Notes: a model not told the origin generated them from the sequence alone. Counted from the stretch's first letter, positions 1 to 9,825 are shown. The stretch is DNA of 64,000 bases from Candidatus Kryptoniota bacterium (GCA_036567965.1 DATCTN010000008.1:68175-132174), one strand, 5' to 3'. Numbers and translations: made by a program.

Positions 1-1463
1 TTCATTTTCGTAGGTGTACCTGTTCCGTGTTCAACCACGTCTACAAACAGGCCGCTTAAAGTCTGTGCAACCTCCGGTGTCACTACTCTCCTAATCGCCA
101 CGGGCTCATTTTGGAAAACGATATTGCCGGTTGGGTCGGTTATCCTGTTTACCACATACGGCTTCATGAGTGTTCCGCCGTTAGCGACGGCTGCGTACGC
201 CTGAGCCATCTGCAAGGTTGTCACGAGGACCTCGTAGCCGAACGACATGTACGGAAGCGACAGTTTTGACCATTTGTACGGCTTCTCGAGATCGCCAGGA
301 ACTTCACCGGGCAATTCTACACCGGTCGGGACGCCGAACCCGTAGTCTCTTGCGTACCTGTAGAATTTGTCGGGTGGTATTTTTCGTCCGACTTTCGAAA
401 AAGCAATATTGCTGGAAATCTCGACTGCCTGCCTGAATGTAATCCAGCCGGCGCTTTCGAAGTCTTCAATTACTCTGCCGTACAGAGTGTATCTGCCGTT
501 CTCCGCGAATATCATGTCGCCCGGCTTCTCAAGACCTTCTTCGAGAGCTGCAGATGCTGTTACAACCTTAAAAGTCGAACCGGGCTCGAACACATCGGTG
601 ATCGACCTGTCTCTGGCATCCGCCAGTTGATATTTCTGATAGTCGGATGGGTTGAATGAGGGATAGTTTGCGATTGTGAGCACTTCACCCGTCGAGGGGT
701 CCATGAATACCGCCGTCCCTGACTCAGCTTTCGTCTTCTGGACTCCCGCGGCGAGTTCTTCATCGACTATCTGTTGGATGTTCATGTCGAGTGTAAGCTG
801 AACGCTGCAGCCCGGAACCGGGTCGACCTTCGGATAATCGACGGACGGCATGCGTCTTCCAATTCCGTCGCGCTGCATTATTTCGTACCCGTCCCTTCCC
901 GCGAGCAGCGAATCAAACTCCAGTTCTATCCCACTTGCACCTTTCCCGTCAACATTTGTGAAACCCAGAACCTGGCCTGCAACGGAACCATACGGATATA
1001 ACCTCTGCTGTTCCTGAAGGCGTATCAATCCATAAACCTTCAATTGAGCCAGTGATGCGGACTGATCGGAGTCAACATTTCGCGCGAGCCACACGAAATG
1101 CGATTTTGAATTCAGCTTGTCCTCGAAATACGAGGCCGGTTTACCGAATACAGCCGAGAATTTCTGGGCGACTTCTTTTTTTGCTGAAGCGTCCAATAAT
1201 TGGGGGTCAGCTGCAAATGAGTATCCATAGTTGTTTGAAACGATGAGACTCCCATTCCGATCATATATAAGTCCCCGGTTAGCGTGAAGGGGTACACGGC
1301 TTTCATACTGTCTGAGGGCGACTCGCTGATAGAAAAAGCCTCTTACCCCCTGAACGAAACCGAGTCTCACAACAATTGCCACAAAGACTAACCCGAAAAG
1401 GATCCTAATAAAGTTTATCCGGCTGTTGAAGTTTATTCGTCTATTTTGTTGTGTCTCTGGCAT
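1..1463 (-). CDS. ftsI: Class B penicillin-binding protein / peptidoglycan D,D-transpeptidase FtsI. N-terminal ~487 codons; the 3' end lies beyond the window edge.
   Basis: Absent from the ORF track because it has no in-window stop. Manual minus-strand translation from the ATG at 1463..1461 gives MPETQQNRRINFNSRINFIRILFGLVFVAIVV (TM anchor) and stays open to position 1. It contains the transpeptidase motifs SxxK (FEPGSTFKVV) and SxN (VEISSNIAF). It lies directly downstream of ftsL, as in dcw clusters. Confidence 0.85.
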   Translation of the reverse strand, partial: MPETQQNRRINFNSRINFIRILFGLVFVAIVVRLGFVQGVRGFFYQRVALRQYESRVPLHANRGLIYDRNGSLIVSNNYGYSFAADPQLLDASAKKEVAQKFSAVFGKPASYFEDKLNSKSHFVWLARNVDSDQSASLAQLKVYGLIRLQEQQRLYPYGSVAGQVLGFTNVDGKGASGIELEFDSLLAGRDGYEIMQRDGIGRRMPSVDYPKVDPVPGCSVQLTLDMNIQQIVDEELAAGVQKTKAESGTAVFMDPSTGEVLTIANYPSFNPSDYQKYQLADARDRSITDVFEPGSTFKVVTASAALEEGLEKPGDMIFAENGRYTLYGRVIEDFESAGWITFRQAVEISSNIAFSKVGRKIPPDKFYRYARDYGFGVPTGVELPGEVPGDLEKPYKWSKLSLPYMSFGYEVLVTTLQMAQAYAAVANGGTLMKPYVVNRITDPTGNIVFQNEPVAIRRVVTPEVAQTLSGLFVDVVEHGTGTPTKM

Positions 1464-1809
1464 CCTGTTTAGCCGCTTTATCCAGTTCAGCTTTGTCTAT
1501 TTGAATTTGCTCGAGAGTCTGGCTGCTATAAACGAGACCGAGTCTCTGGGACGCAATCCTCGTAATTCTTTCGGCACTCGACAGTCTTCGAAGTTCAGCA
1601 TGAAGCGAGTCGTTCTGAAATTTGGTAGAACTATATGTGGAGTCGAGAGAACTAATCTCAACTACCAATCGATCAACGGTCACGCTATTATCCACAATGA
1701 GAAGGAGAACAGCAACGACACCTAAGAGAACAAGAATAAATTTCGACACTGTCAATGATGATTTCGGGCGGCTCTTCGGTTCCACAGGTTGAGTTAATTC
1801 TTCGCTCAT
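1441..1809 (-). CDS. ftsL: Cell division protein FtsL-like (small bitopic membrane protein)
   Basis: 122 aa with a single TM helix (FILVLLGVVAVLLLIV) followed by a coiled-coil-like tail. Positioned between rsmH and ftsI, with a 4-nt overlap with rsmH and a 23-nt overlap with ftsI. Confidence 0.6.
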   Translation of the reverse strand: MSEELTQPVEPKSRPKSSLTVSKFILVLLGVVAVLLLIVDNSVTVDRLVVEISSLDSTYSSTKFQNDSLHAELRRLSSAERITRIASQRLGLVYSSQTLEQIQIDKAELDKAAKQDARDTTK

Positions 1810-2723
1810 ATGACTTTCTCAGCGACTCTCATTTTTGCGCTGCGTGATCGCCTGTTCCGTAGAATTTCTTCGCCTCCGGGAGATATTGGTTTTCTTGTGA
1901 CAATTTTCATCCGCGGTAATTTTCCGCAGGTGCAGACTATCGCCCCTGGAGGGCAGACACATGAAGCAGACTCATACTTAAATTTCTCCTTGACCATCCT
2001 GTCTTCGAGTGAATGATAAGAGATGACCACAATTCTGCCGCCGCGCGATAGAAGATCCACTGCTGAGTCCAGCGCGGTCGAGAGCGATTCGAGTTCGTGG
2101 TTGACTTCAATCCTTATCGCCTGGAAAATGCGCGAAAGGAGTGCGGGAGAATTCCCGACGACTTTTGAAACGGCATCGACGAGTTGGCCCGTCGTTACAA
2201 GGTCTGCTTTCTCCCGTCGCTTCATTATTGATCTCGCGATTGCCCGTCCCCGCGGTTCCTCGCCGTATTTCGTGAAGACACGCGACAGATTCTCCTGGTC
2301 ATAAGCATTCACCAGCTCGAAGGCTGAGATCTCGAGATTCTTATCGAGTCTCATATCGAGTTTCTCATCGCGTCTGTAACTGAATCCTGATTCATTATCT
2401 ATCTGGTAGGAAGAAACTCCGAGGTCAAAGAGTGCGCCGTCAATTGACTTGATGTTGTTCTGTGCGAGGATATCGGACAGTTGGGAAAAATTAGATTGGA
2501 AGAAAGAAACTCTTGGGTCGGAAGCCCGGAGAGTTGCTCCGGCTTCAATCGCGTTTTTGTCCACGTCGAATGCGAGAACGCGGGCATCAGGCTTCAGTTT
2601 GGAAAGTAGTCGGGCCGTGTGACCTCCTCCTCCAAAAGTTGCGTCCACATATTTCCCGCTCACATTTGTGACCAAGAATTCTATGCTTTCATACAGTAAT
2701 ACAGGTTCGTGGTAGCCAGCCAT
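1806..2723 (-). CDS. rsmH: 16S rRNA (cytosine1402-N4)-methyltransferase RsmH (MraW)
   Basis: 305 aa. Family-typical N-terminus YHEPVLLYESIEFL..YVDATFGGGGHT, plus FDLGVSSYQ and SYHSLEDR motifs. Follows mraZ. Confidence 0.95.
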   Translation of the reverse strand: MAGYHEPVLLYESIEFLVTNVSGKYVDATFGGGGHTARLLSKLKPDARVLAFDVDKNAIEAGATLRASDPRVSFFQSNFSQLSDILAQNNIKSIDGALFDLGVSSYQIDNESGFSYRRDEKLDMRLDKNLEISAFELVNAYDQENLSRVFTKYGEEPRGRAIARSIMKRREKADLVTTGQLVDAVSKVVGNSPALLSRIFQAIRIEVNHELESLSTALDSAVDLLSRGGRIVVISYHSLEDRMVKEKFKYESASCVCPPGAIVCTCGKLPRMKIVTRKPISPGGEEILRNRRSRSAKMRVAEKVI

Positions 2724-3181
2724 TACTTAGGGACATTCACAGCCATGATTTGTTCGACAACGCTCGCATAATTTTCGGGTTGAGAGTTTAGGTACTCATG
2801 GAACGATTTCTTGCTCCAGAGTTCTATCCTCTCGAGGGCTCCGATAATCACGACGTCTTTTTCGATTTCGGCGAATTCCAAGAGGTTTTTAGGGATTGTT
2901 ATACGTGCTTGTGAGTCTAGGGGAAATTCCTCAGAAGCCCACATAAGGAGGGTTCTGGTGAAGTATCTGTGCTTCTCCAGAAATTGGTTGAGGGCGCGGA
3001 GCTTGTCTTCCAGCCGCCGCCATTCATCGAGGGGGTAAACATAGAGGCATTTCTCGACTCCTCTGGTTACGACAAAGGTATCATGCGCTTCGGAGGAAAC
3101 GCTTTTCCTTAGTTTTGCGGGGATACTCAGTCGACCTTTGGAGTCCAGAACGTATTCGTATCGACCTTTGAATGACGACAT
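2723..3181 (-). CDS. mraZ: Transcriptional regulator MraZ (start moved to the internal ATG, giving 152 aa)
   Basis: MSSFKGRYEYVLDSKGRLSIPAKLRK matches the MraZ N-terminal SpoVT/AbrB-like repeat (DxKGR), and a second repeat is present (LDSQARITIPKNL). The ORF-track start at 3253 is a GTG with no RBS and would make the repeat-box array coding. E. coli MraZ is also 152 aa. Confidence 0.9.
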   Translation of the reverse strand: MSSFKGRYEYVLDSKGRLSIPAKLRKSVSSEAHDTFVVTRGVEKCLYVYPLDEWRRLEDKLRALNQFLEKHRYFTRTLLMWASEEFPLDSQARITIPKNLLEFAEIEKDVVIIGALERIELWSKKSFHEYLNSQPENYASVVEQIMAVNVPK

Positions 3182-3214
3182 TTCCTCTAAACATCCACAT
3201 TTTTTTAGTAGACT

Positions 3215-3313
3215 CTGGGAAAAGCTGGGAAGTTCCCCACTTTTCCCCACCACGTTGGAAATTTAACCAACCCAGCCCAAAAGTCAAGCAATTTTTTCCG
3301 CCTTTTTCCCCAC
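3215..3313 (-). promoter_or_regulatory. Array of TGGGGAA-type boxes in the mraZ leader/promoter (candidate MraZ autoregulatory operator)
   Basis: The plus-strand 8-mer TTCCCCAC (GTGGGGAA on the gene strand) occurs at 3233-3240, 3243-3250 and 3306-3313, the first two exactly 10 bp apart. The opposite-orientation CTGGGAA occurs at 3215-3221 and 3225-3231, also 10 bp apart. MraZ is known to bind short GTGGG/TGGGN repeats upstream of mraZ. Confidence 0.45.
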
Positions 3314-3325
3314 TCCAATTTCGAT

Positions 3326-3383
3326 GCGAAATTCCGAAATTTCGCGGGCATTTATGCAGTGAACTGCCGTTATAATATTTTTG
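3326..3383 (+). promoter_or_regulatory. Putative lexA-like promoter with an upstream inverted repeat (candidate operator)
   Basis: Inverted repeat GCGAAAT-N6-ATTTCGC at 3326-3345. TATAAT at 3371-3376 overlaps TATTTTTG (the TAnnTTTG type) at 3376-3383, about 70 nt upstream of the ATG at 3454. Confidence 0.25.
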
Positions 3384-3453
3384 CTAAACAAGGACGCCAA
3401 AACTCCTCTTCTCTTCTTGACCGCTAAACTGGTGTTTTGTAATTTAGATCCCG

Positions 3454-4080
3454 ATGGCAAGAGGTCTTACTAAGAGGCAGGGCGAGGCTCTCGAATTTAT
3501 CCGGCGTTACATCCAGGACCATTCTAAGCCCCCTACGTTCCGCGAATTGGGGGAACAAATGGGTATTAGTTCGACGCGCGCGGTGAGCGACCTTCTCAAA
3601 GCACTCGAGCGGAAAGGGTATATAGAAAGGGAAGCCGGCAGATCACGGGGAATAAACCTTCCCAAAACTGAAATGACAAACCCCGATCTCCCTCCTTCAA
3701 TCAAGACAATCCCATTCGTATCGCGAATCGAATCGAGGGAGGTCATTTTTTCGAACATTGTAGACGTTCTTCACTTCGATGCGAAAATTCTCCCTGAGGG
3801 CGAACTTTTTGGCGTGAAAGTATCCGACGACGCAATGAATTTCGTAGGTCTGTTTAAGGGAGACTACGTCGTGTGCCGGAGGGTATTGCAACCTGAGCAG
3901 AATTCGATGGTGCTCGGAAGTGCGGCGGGAGTGCTGATCGTCAGGTTTTACGAATTTGCGAACGGCAAAATCCATCTCAAGCCATCAAACAAATCTTACC
4001 AGATCCTCAGCTTCTCGCCGGACGACAGACAATTCTTTGTCGCCGGTGAAGTCGTCCTCACCTTTCGAAAAACTAAATAA
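3454..4080 (+). CDS. lexA: LexA-family repressor (winged-HTH plus S24-like C-terminal domain), predicted non-autocleaving
   Basis: The N-terminus LTKRQGEALEFIRRYIQDHSKPPTFRELGEQMGISSTRAVSDLLKALERKGYIERE..SRGI matches the LexA DNA-binding domain. The C-terminal domain is colinear with LexA, but AG becomes SR (SRIESREV), GDSM becomes DDAM, and TVKR becomes IVRF. Confidence 0.8.
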   Translation: MARGLTKRQGEALEFIRRYIQDHSKPPTFRELGEQMGISSTRAVSDLLKALERKGYIEREAGRSRGINLPKTEMTNPDLPPSIKTIPFVSRIESREVIFSNIVDVLHFDAKILPEGELFGVKVSDDAMNFVGLFKGDYVVCRRVLQPEQNSMVLGSAAGVLIVRFYEFANGKIHLKPSNKSYQILSFSPDDRQFFVAGEVVLTFRKTK

Positions 4081-4145
4081 ATCAGCTATCCAGTTGTCGA
4101 TATCGAATCAGTCGCCAGGATTCCCCAATCGCTCTATTCCTGCCG

Positions 4146-6080
4146 TCATTCCTCCAGAGTGCTCAGGTCGCCTTCAGGCATTCCGAGCGCGCGAGCTTTT
4201 AGGACACGCCTCATGATTTTCCCGCTTCTGGTCTTCGGCAAAATCGGGACAAACGTAATCTTTTCGGGCTTCGCTATCGGGCCCATTTCATGCGCGACAT
4301 GCTGTCTGAGCTCCTCTGCGAGCGTATCGTTTCCTTCGAACCCCGCTTTGAGGATGACGTATGCGTAAATTGCGATACCCTTTATCTCGTGTGGCAATCC
4401 GATAACGGCCGCCTCGGCGACTGCATGATGACTGACCAGAGCTGATTCTAACTCAGCCGTGCCAAGTCTGTAGCCACTGACTTTTATAACGTCGTCCACT
4501 CTTCCGATTATCCAGAAATAACCGTCTTCGTCTTTTCGAGCAGAGTCGCCGACAAAATAGCATCCGGGGAACTTACTCCAATACGTGTTGACGTAGCGAT
4601 CCGGATCTTTATAAATAGTGCGGAGCATTGCGGGCCATGGTCGCTTTATAACAAGGTAACCCTCCTCGCCGGGTTTCACAGGTGTGCCTGTCTCGTCGAC
4701 CACATCCGCATGCACTCCAAAATATGGTTTCGTCCCCGAGCCCGGCTTAAGCGGCGTCACAGGAGTCGGCGCGATCATGAACATACCTGTTTCGGTTTGC
4801 CACCAGGTATCCATGATAGGACATCTTTCTTTTCCGATGACCCTGTGGAACCAGCGCCACGCCTCGGGATTTATCGGCTCACCCACAGATCCGAGAAGCC
4901 TGAGCGACGAAAGGTCGTGCCTGTTGGGCCATGCTTCCCCATATCGCATTAGACCACGGATGGCCGTCGGAGTCCCATAGAAAACCGTGATGCCGTATTT
5001 CTCTATCATGGTCCACCACCTGTCGGGATACGGAAAAGTCGGAGCTCCTTCGTACATAAATGAAGTCGCACCAGCAATGAGAGGAGCATACACAATGTAT
5101 GAATGACCGGTGACCCAACCCGGATCTGCGGTGCACCACCATCTGTCCTCTTCTTTTAAATCGAAAACATCTTTCAGAGTTGAATACGTACCGACCATAT
5201 ATCCGCCGTGTGTATGAAGGACTGCCTTCGGTTTCCCGGTCGTGCCGGAAGTATAAAGAATGTAGAGCGGATCTTCCGCATCCATTTCTTCGGTTTGGCA
5301 ATTACCTCCGTTGCGAGTTAAAGGGAGATTCATCAACTCGTGATACCAGTAGTCTCTACCGGCTTCCATCGGAACTTCTTTCCCGGTATGTTTGACGACA
5401 ATAACGGTTTCCGGAATCGCTGTCCTTTTCAGCGCTTCGTCGACTATCTTCTTCAATTCGACGACCTTGCCATTCATATAGCCGCCATCAGCCGTCACTA
5501 CGATATGTGACTCGCTGTCTTCAATTCTCCCGTGAAGAGCCTCAACAGAGAAGCCACCGTATACTACGGAATGGATCCCTCCAATCTTCACAGTCGCGAG
5601 CATTGCGATGACAGTCTCAGGTATTCTCGGCATATAAATGGTCACTCTGTCTCCCTTGCGGACCCCCATGCTTCTCAGCACGTTTGCGAACCGGCAGACT
5701 TCTCTGTTCAGAGCGTGATAAGAGAAGGTCCGAACCTCACCGTTCTCACCTTCCCAGATCAATGCCAGCTTGTTTCTTCGCCAGGTCTTTACATGTCTGT
5801 CGAGAGCATTCAGAACGATATTCGTTTTTCCACCGACGAACCATTTGTAGAACGGCTTCTTCGAATCGTCGAGTACCTTGTCCCACTTCTTATACCACTC
5901 AAGTTCTCCGGCTCTCCGGGCCCAATAGCCTTCAAGGTCTTCTTCGGCTTCTTTGTGCACAGATTCAGGATCAGCTATGTTTGCCTGAGCCCTTATTTCA
6001 GCAGAAGGATAGTATACTTCTCCGTGCAGACCATCGTTTTTTGCCGAATCTTCAAGGCCTTGATGTCCCTTTCCAGCCAT
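4146..6080 (-). CDS. acs: Acetyl-CoA synthetase (AMP-forming)
   Basis: 644 aa. AMP-binding signature [12 protein letters not shown], a C-terminal SGKIMRR motif, and full-length colinearity with Acs. AAGGAG RBS upstream. Confidence 0.95.
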   Translation of the reverse strand: MAGKGHQGLEDSAKNDGLHGEVYYPSAEIRAQANIADPESVHKEAEEDLEGYWARRAGELEWYKKWDKVLDDSKKPFYKWFVGGKTNIVLNALDRHVKTWRRNKLALIWEGENGEVRTFSYHALNREVCRFANVLRSMGVRKGDRVTIYMPRIPETVIAMLATVKIGGIHSVVYGGFSVEALHGRIEDSESHIVVTADGGYMNGKVVELKKIVDEALKRTAIPETVIVVKHTGKEVPMEAGRDYWYHELMNLPLTRNGGNCQTEEMDAEDPLYILYTSGTTGKPKAVLHTHGGYMVGTYSTLKDVFDLKEEDRWWCTADPGWVTGHSYIVYAPLIAGATSFMYEGAPTFPYPDRWWTMIEKYGITVFYGTPTAIRGLMRYGEAWPNRHDLSSLRLLGSVGEPINPEAWRWFHRVIGKERCPIMDTWWQTETGMFMIAPTPVTPLKPGSGTKPYFGVHADVVDETGTPVKPGEEGYLVIKRPWPAMLRTIYKDPDRYVNTYWSKFPGCYFVGDSARKDEDGYFWIIGRVDDVIKVSGYRLGTAELESALVSHHAVAEAAVIGLPHEIKGIAIYAYVILKAGFEGNDTLAEELRQHVAHEMGPIAKPEKITFVPILPKTRSGKIMRRVLKARALGMPEGDLSTLEE

Positions 6081-6538
6081 TTTCGCGACTCCTTATTGGT
6101 TCTTAGGATTATTGATTCACATATAAAACGACTGCGGTTGCCATTTGGTTCAAAATGACGCCTCCTCCCAGTTTTTCAGGTAAACTCTTCCGTCTCCTGC
6201 CTTGACAGGACTTACTATCGGTCGCCCGGATGCCCCGTCTGCGTGACATAAGCCCTTAGGTAGCAAACTGCCACCACTTACCAGAAACCTTCCCGCGCAA
6301 AAAGAGGATCAAGACAGAGAGATTTTCATGAGCAATAAAGATGAGGCTGTGATAACATATGTGACGCTAAAATGAATGTACAATGACTATTTATGCGCGG
6401 AACACCGTTTTAGGTCTCATTTTGTCCCATCACGGGGGCAACCTGAGTCAGCTATGTCGGTTATCTGAATTTTTCTTGGCAGTATGTGATGGCACACTCG
6501 TTGAATCATAGAGAGAGACAACAAAACTCTTCGGGCAC

Positions 6539-7669
6539 ATGAATACGACTCTCAAGTTAAAAGCTAAGAATCTTCAACAGCTTCTGAATGCTCTCCGGTC
6601 TGATGGTTACACCACAATTGCTCCTACCATTCATGACGGGGCCATTGTTTATGATCGGGTGGATTCGATCGATATGCTCCCTATCGGTTGGAGCGACGAA
6701 CAGGAGCCGGCATCGTATCGACTGAAGAAGCACAAGGACGAAACTTATTTCGATTTCGGGCCGGCTCCTCAGTCCTGGAAGCGATTTCTATACCCGCCGA
6801 TGAAGAAATTATTTTCGATCGTGAGGAACGGAAAATCGCTGACCGCGGTCCCCGAGAAGGACCCAACAATGAAGTACGCGTTCATTGGAGTACGTGCATG
6901 CGAGTTGAGCGCCATTCTGATTCAGGACAAAATCCTAGTCGATGGACCATACGCGGACAACGCCTACACAGATGCCAGAAAGAACCTTTTCACCGTAGCA
7001 ATTAACTGTACAAGGCCTGGCGGGACTTGTTTCTGCGCGTCGATGAAGAGCGGACCGAAAGTCAAGTCGGGTTTTGATCTTGCGTTGACAGAAATGTCCG
7101 CAGGAAAAGAACACTACTTCATCATGCAAGTTGGAACCGAACTCGGATCAAGGATCGCAGGGATGGTCGAGACGACACCGGCCACCGATGAGGAGGTTGG
7201 GGCGGCGGATGCTTTGATCATGCGGGCAGAGAGCGAGATGAAGAAATCCGTCGAGACGGAAGGTTTGCAGGCGCTTCTATCCGAGAACTTGGATCATCCG
7301 CAATTTGACAATGTCGCGGGAAGATGTCTTCTGTGCGGAAACTGCACGTTGGTTTGTCCCACCTGTTTCTGTTCTACGATAGAGGATTCAACCGATTTGT
7401 TCGGTCATGTCGCCACAAGAACGAGGAGATGGGATTCATGTTTCACGATGGATTTCGCGAAAGTTGCGGGCGGGAATTATCGAATCAGCCCGAAGTCCAG
7501 ATACAGGCAATGGCTGACACACAAATTTTCCACCTGGGTGGGGCAGTATGGCATGTTCGGTTGCGTCGGCTGCGGTCGATGCATAACCTGGTGTCCGGTG
7601 GGCATCGATGTGACAGCTGAGATACGATCAATAAGAGGTGCACAAACCCAACAAAGAAAAGGAGATTGA
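6539..7669 (+). CDS. Group 3b-type hydrogenase (sulfhydrogenase) beta subunit-like / AsrA-like 4Fe-4S protein
   Basis: 376 aa with cysteine clusters [16 protein letters not shown] and [12 protein letters not shown]. First gene of the operon, followed by the gamma, delta and alpha subunits. Confidence 0.7.
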   Translation: MNTTLKLKAKNLQQLLNALRSDGYTTIAPTIHDGAIVYDRVDSIDMLPIGWSDEQEPASYRLKKHKDETYFDFGPAPQSWKRFLYPPMKKLFSIVRNGKSLTAVPEKDPTMKYAFIGVRACELSAILIQDKILVDGPYADNAYTDARKNLFTVAINCTRPGGTCFCASMKSGPKVKSGFDLALTEMSAGKEHYFIMQVGTELGSRIAGMVETTPATDEEVGAADALIMRAESEMKKSVETEGLQALLSENLDHPQFDNVAGRCLLCGNCTLVCPTCFCSTIEDSTDLFGHVATRTRRWDSCFTMDFAKVAGGNYRISPKSRYRQWLTHKFSTWVGQYGMFGCVGCGRCITWCPVGIDVTAEIRSIRGAQTQQRKGD

Positions 7670-7671
7670 CC

Positions 7672-8142
7672 ATGCAGGTTCAGGACCTATCCACCTCTCT
7701 GACAAGTCATCCGTTTCTCGAAGATATGGATGAAGAGCTGATTCAAACGCTTACCTCCTGCGCTTCCAACGTCGTCTTTCAGGAGGGTACGTACCTGTTC
7801 CATGAAGACGAGGACGCGAGGATCTTCTACTTGATCCGGAGCGGAAGAGTGGCGCTTGAAGTTCAGGCCGGGGAAAAAGGACGCGTAAGGATTCAAACCC
7901 TCGGACCCGGAGAAGTAATAGGCTGGTCTTGGCTTATCTCTCCCTACCGCTGGCATTTCGACGCGTTCGCTCTCGAAAAAGTTCACAGCTTCATGCTCGA
8001 CGCGACATGTCTGAGGGCAAAATGCGAAACCGATTGTCGCTTCGGCTACGAAATACTTCGCCGGTTCACTGAGGTTCTTCAACGCCGGTTGGAAGCCACC
8101 AGGTTGCAGTTACTCGACGTTTACGGATCAACCAAGATATAA
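7672..8142 (+). CDS. Stand-alone cyclic-nucleotide-binding (CAP/Crp effector) domain protein, no HTH
   Basis: 156 aa. [13 protein letters not shown]...[12 protein letters not shown] fits the cNMP-binding beta-roll. The ATG at 7672 lies 3 nt after the beta-subunit stop, with an AAAGGAG RBS. The TTG at 7666 in the ORF track is less likely. Confidence 0.75.
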   Translation: MQVQDLSTSLTSHPFLEDMDEELIQTLTSCASNVVFQEGTYLFHEDEDARIFYLIRSGRVALEVQAGEKGRVRIQTLGPGEVIGWSWLISPYRWHFDAFALEKVHSFMLDATCLRAKCETDCRFGYEILRRFTEVLQRRLEATRLQLLDVYGSTKI

Positions 8143-8171
8143 AATTCTCTGGAAATTTGTGGAGTCACTCA

Positions 8172-9035
8172 ATGCTTGAAACACTTACGAACTCCGAACC
8201 CATCTGCGAAAACCGAATGGTTCCTGCGCTGGCGACGATCCGGCGCGTGATCTGGGAGACCGATGATACGTTTACTCTCATGATCGATTCACCCGAGTTG
8301 AACGGGGACGGACTTAAGTTCACGGCCGGACAGTTCAACATGGTCTACGCGTTCGGAGTCGGCGAGTCCGCAATTTCGATAAGCTCGGATCCTGCGAAGC
8401 CAAGTCTTCTTGCTCACACAATCCACCGTGTCGGCACGGTGACGACGGCCATGTCGAGAATGAAGCGCGGCGACATAATCGGCATCCGAGGACCGTTCGG
8501 ATCGTCGTGGCCACTTGAGCAGGCGGCCGGCAGAGACATATGTATCGCGGCCGGCGGTATCGGGCTCGCGCCGCTGAGGCCTGTGATTTACTCTCTCAAA
8601 AGGAGAAGAGAAGAGTTCGGAAGGATAATAATTCTCTACGGCGCCAGAAGCCCGCTTGATCTACTGTACCGGGTTGAACTCGAGGAATGGAGCAAGCTTC
8701 CGAACACCGACGTGATCGTTACGGTAGATCGAGGCGACTCGAGCTGGAAGGGTTACATAGGCGTGGTGACCACCTTGTTCTCTTACATAAAGATGGATTC
8801 AAGAGCGACCATAGCAATGGTATGCGGACCAGAAGTGATGATGAAATATACCATCGAGGAACTTCAACGCAGAGGAATTCAGAAGGAACAGATTTACATC
8901 TCTATGGAGAGAAATATGAAATGCGGCATCGGACTCTGCGGACATTGTCAGTTTGGGCCGGATTTCATCTGCAAGGACGGTCCTGTATTTCAGCTGCCGA
9001 GAGTCAACTCACTACTCGAGAAGAAGGAAATTTGA
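8172..9035 (+). CDS. Hydrogenase gamma subunit-like FAD/NAD(P)-binding oxidoreductase with a C-terminal 2Fe-2S site (HydG/AsrB-like)
   Basis: Ferredoxin-reductase-type fold ([17 protein letters not shown]) and the C-terminal cluster motif [14 protein letters not shown] lies 7 nt before the ATG at 8172. Confidence 0.8.
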   Translation: MLETLTNSEPICENRMVPALATIRRVIWETDDTFTLMIDSPELNGDGLKFTAGQFNMVYAFGVGESAISISSDPAKPSLLAHTIHRVGTVTTAMSRMKRGDIIGIRGPFGSSWPLEQAAGRDICIAAGGIGLAPLRPVIYSLKRRREEFGRIIILYGARSPLDLLYRVELEEWSKLPNTDVIVTVDRGDSSWKGYIGVVTTLFSYIKMDSRATIAMVCGPEVMMKYTIEELQRRGIQKEQIYISMERNMKCGIGLCGHCQFGPDFICKDGPVFQLPRVNSLLEKKEI

Positions 9036-9036
9036 A

Positions 9037-9825
9037 ATGCCAAAGGCCAAAAAAGATGGAAGACCGAAAGTAGCAGTCTTCAAATTCGCTTCATGCGACG
9101 GGTGCCAGTTGTCGCTTCTGGATGCCGAAGACTATCTTCTGTCCGTCGTGGAGGCGATTGATATCGCATATTTTCCCGAAGCGAGTCGACGGATGCTGAA
9201 GGGGCCTTACGATATCGGAATTGTAGAGGGTAGTATTACGACGCCGAACGACGTGGAACACATCAGGGCGATCAGAAAATCGTGCGGGGTATTGATTACG
9301 ATCGGGGCATGTGCCACCGCCGGAGGCATCCAAGCCCTCAGAAACTGGAAAGACATCAAAGATTTTATCCACATCGTCTATGCCTCACCGGAATACATTT
9401 CGACTCTCGACAGATCACTCCCGATCGGTTCTTTCGTTCATGTGGACTTCGAACTCCGCGGGTGTCCCATAAATAAGTTTCAACTCCTTGAAGTCGTGAA
9501 TGCGTTCCTTAACAACAGGAAACCCAATATTCATACATCCAGCGTATGCATCGACTGCAAGTTGAAAGGGAACACATGCGTTATGGTAGCTCACGGGACG
9601 GCATGTTTGGGACCGGTCACACAAGCGGGGTGCGATGCAATTTGTCCGACCTATGACCGCGGATGCTACGGCTGCTACGGACCGATGGAATCGCCGAACA
9701 CTTCTTCACTTGCCGAGCGTTTCAAGGAACTCAATCTCACAAATCACGACATCTCGCTGGCTTTCCGAACGTTCAACGCATACGCGGACGCATTCCGAAG
9801 AGAGAGTGAAGCCCATGAAAAGTAA
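9037..9825 (+). CDS. [NiFe]-hydrogenase small (delta) subunit, cytoplasmic group 3 type
   Basis: 262 aa from the ATG at 9037, 1 nt after the gamma stop. [16 protein letters not shown] is a proximal-cluster motif, and further Cys motifs are present ([20 protein letters not shown]). No Tat signal peptide. Confidence 0.85.
   Translation: MPKAKKDGRPKVAVFKFASCDGCQLSLLDAEDYLLSVVEAIDIAYFPEASRRMLKGPYDIGIVEGSITTPNDVEHIRAIRKSCGVLITIGACATAGGIQALRNWKDIKDFIHIVYASPEYISTLDRSLPIGSFVHVDFELRGCPINKFQLLEVVNAFLNNRKPNIHTSSVCIDCKLKGNTCVMVAHGTACLGPVTQAGCDAICPTYDRGCYGCYGPMESPNTSSLAERFKELNLTNHDISLAFRTFNAYADAFRRESEAHEK

Noticed and set aside
6490-6504. Sigma-54-like promoter TGGCAC-N5-TTGA upstream of the hydrogenase operon
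   Set aside because: The -24 GG is present, but the invariant -12 GC reads GA. No enhancer-binding-protein gene is nearby, so this is too weak to call.
9635-9814. N-terminal extensions in ORF-track models: the hydrogenase large subunit, the small subunit (8953), mraZ (3253), larB (18290), lysA (53757), lysC (52409), the M50 protease (51582) and the PKS (37621)
   Set aside because: The extensions overlap upstream genes or regulatory repeats, have odd composition, and lack an RBS. Internal ATGs with GGAG-type RBSs give family-typical N-termini.
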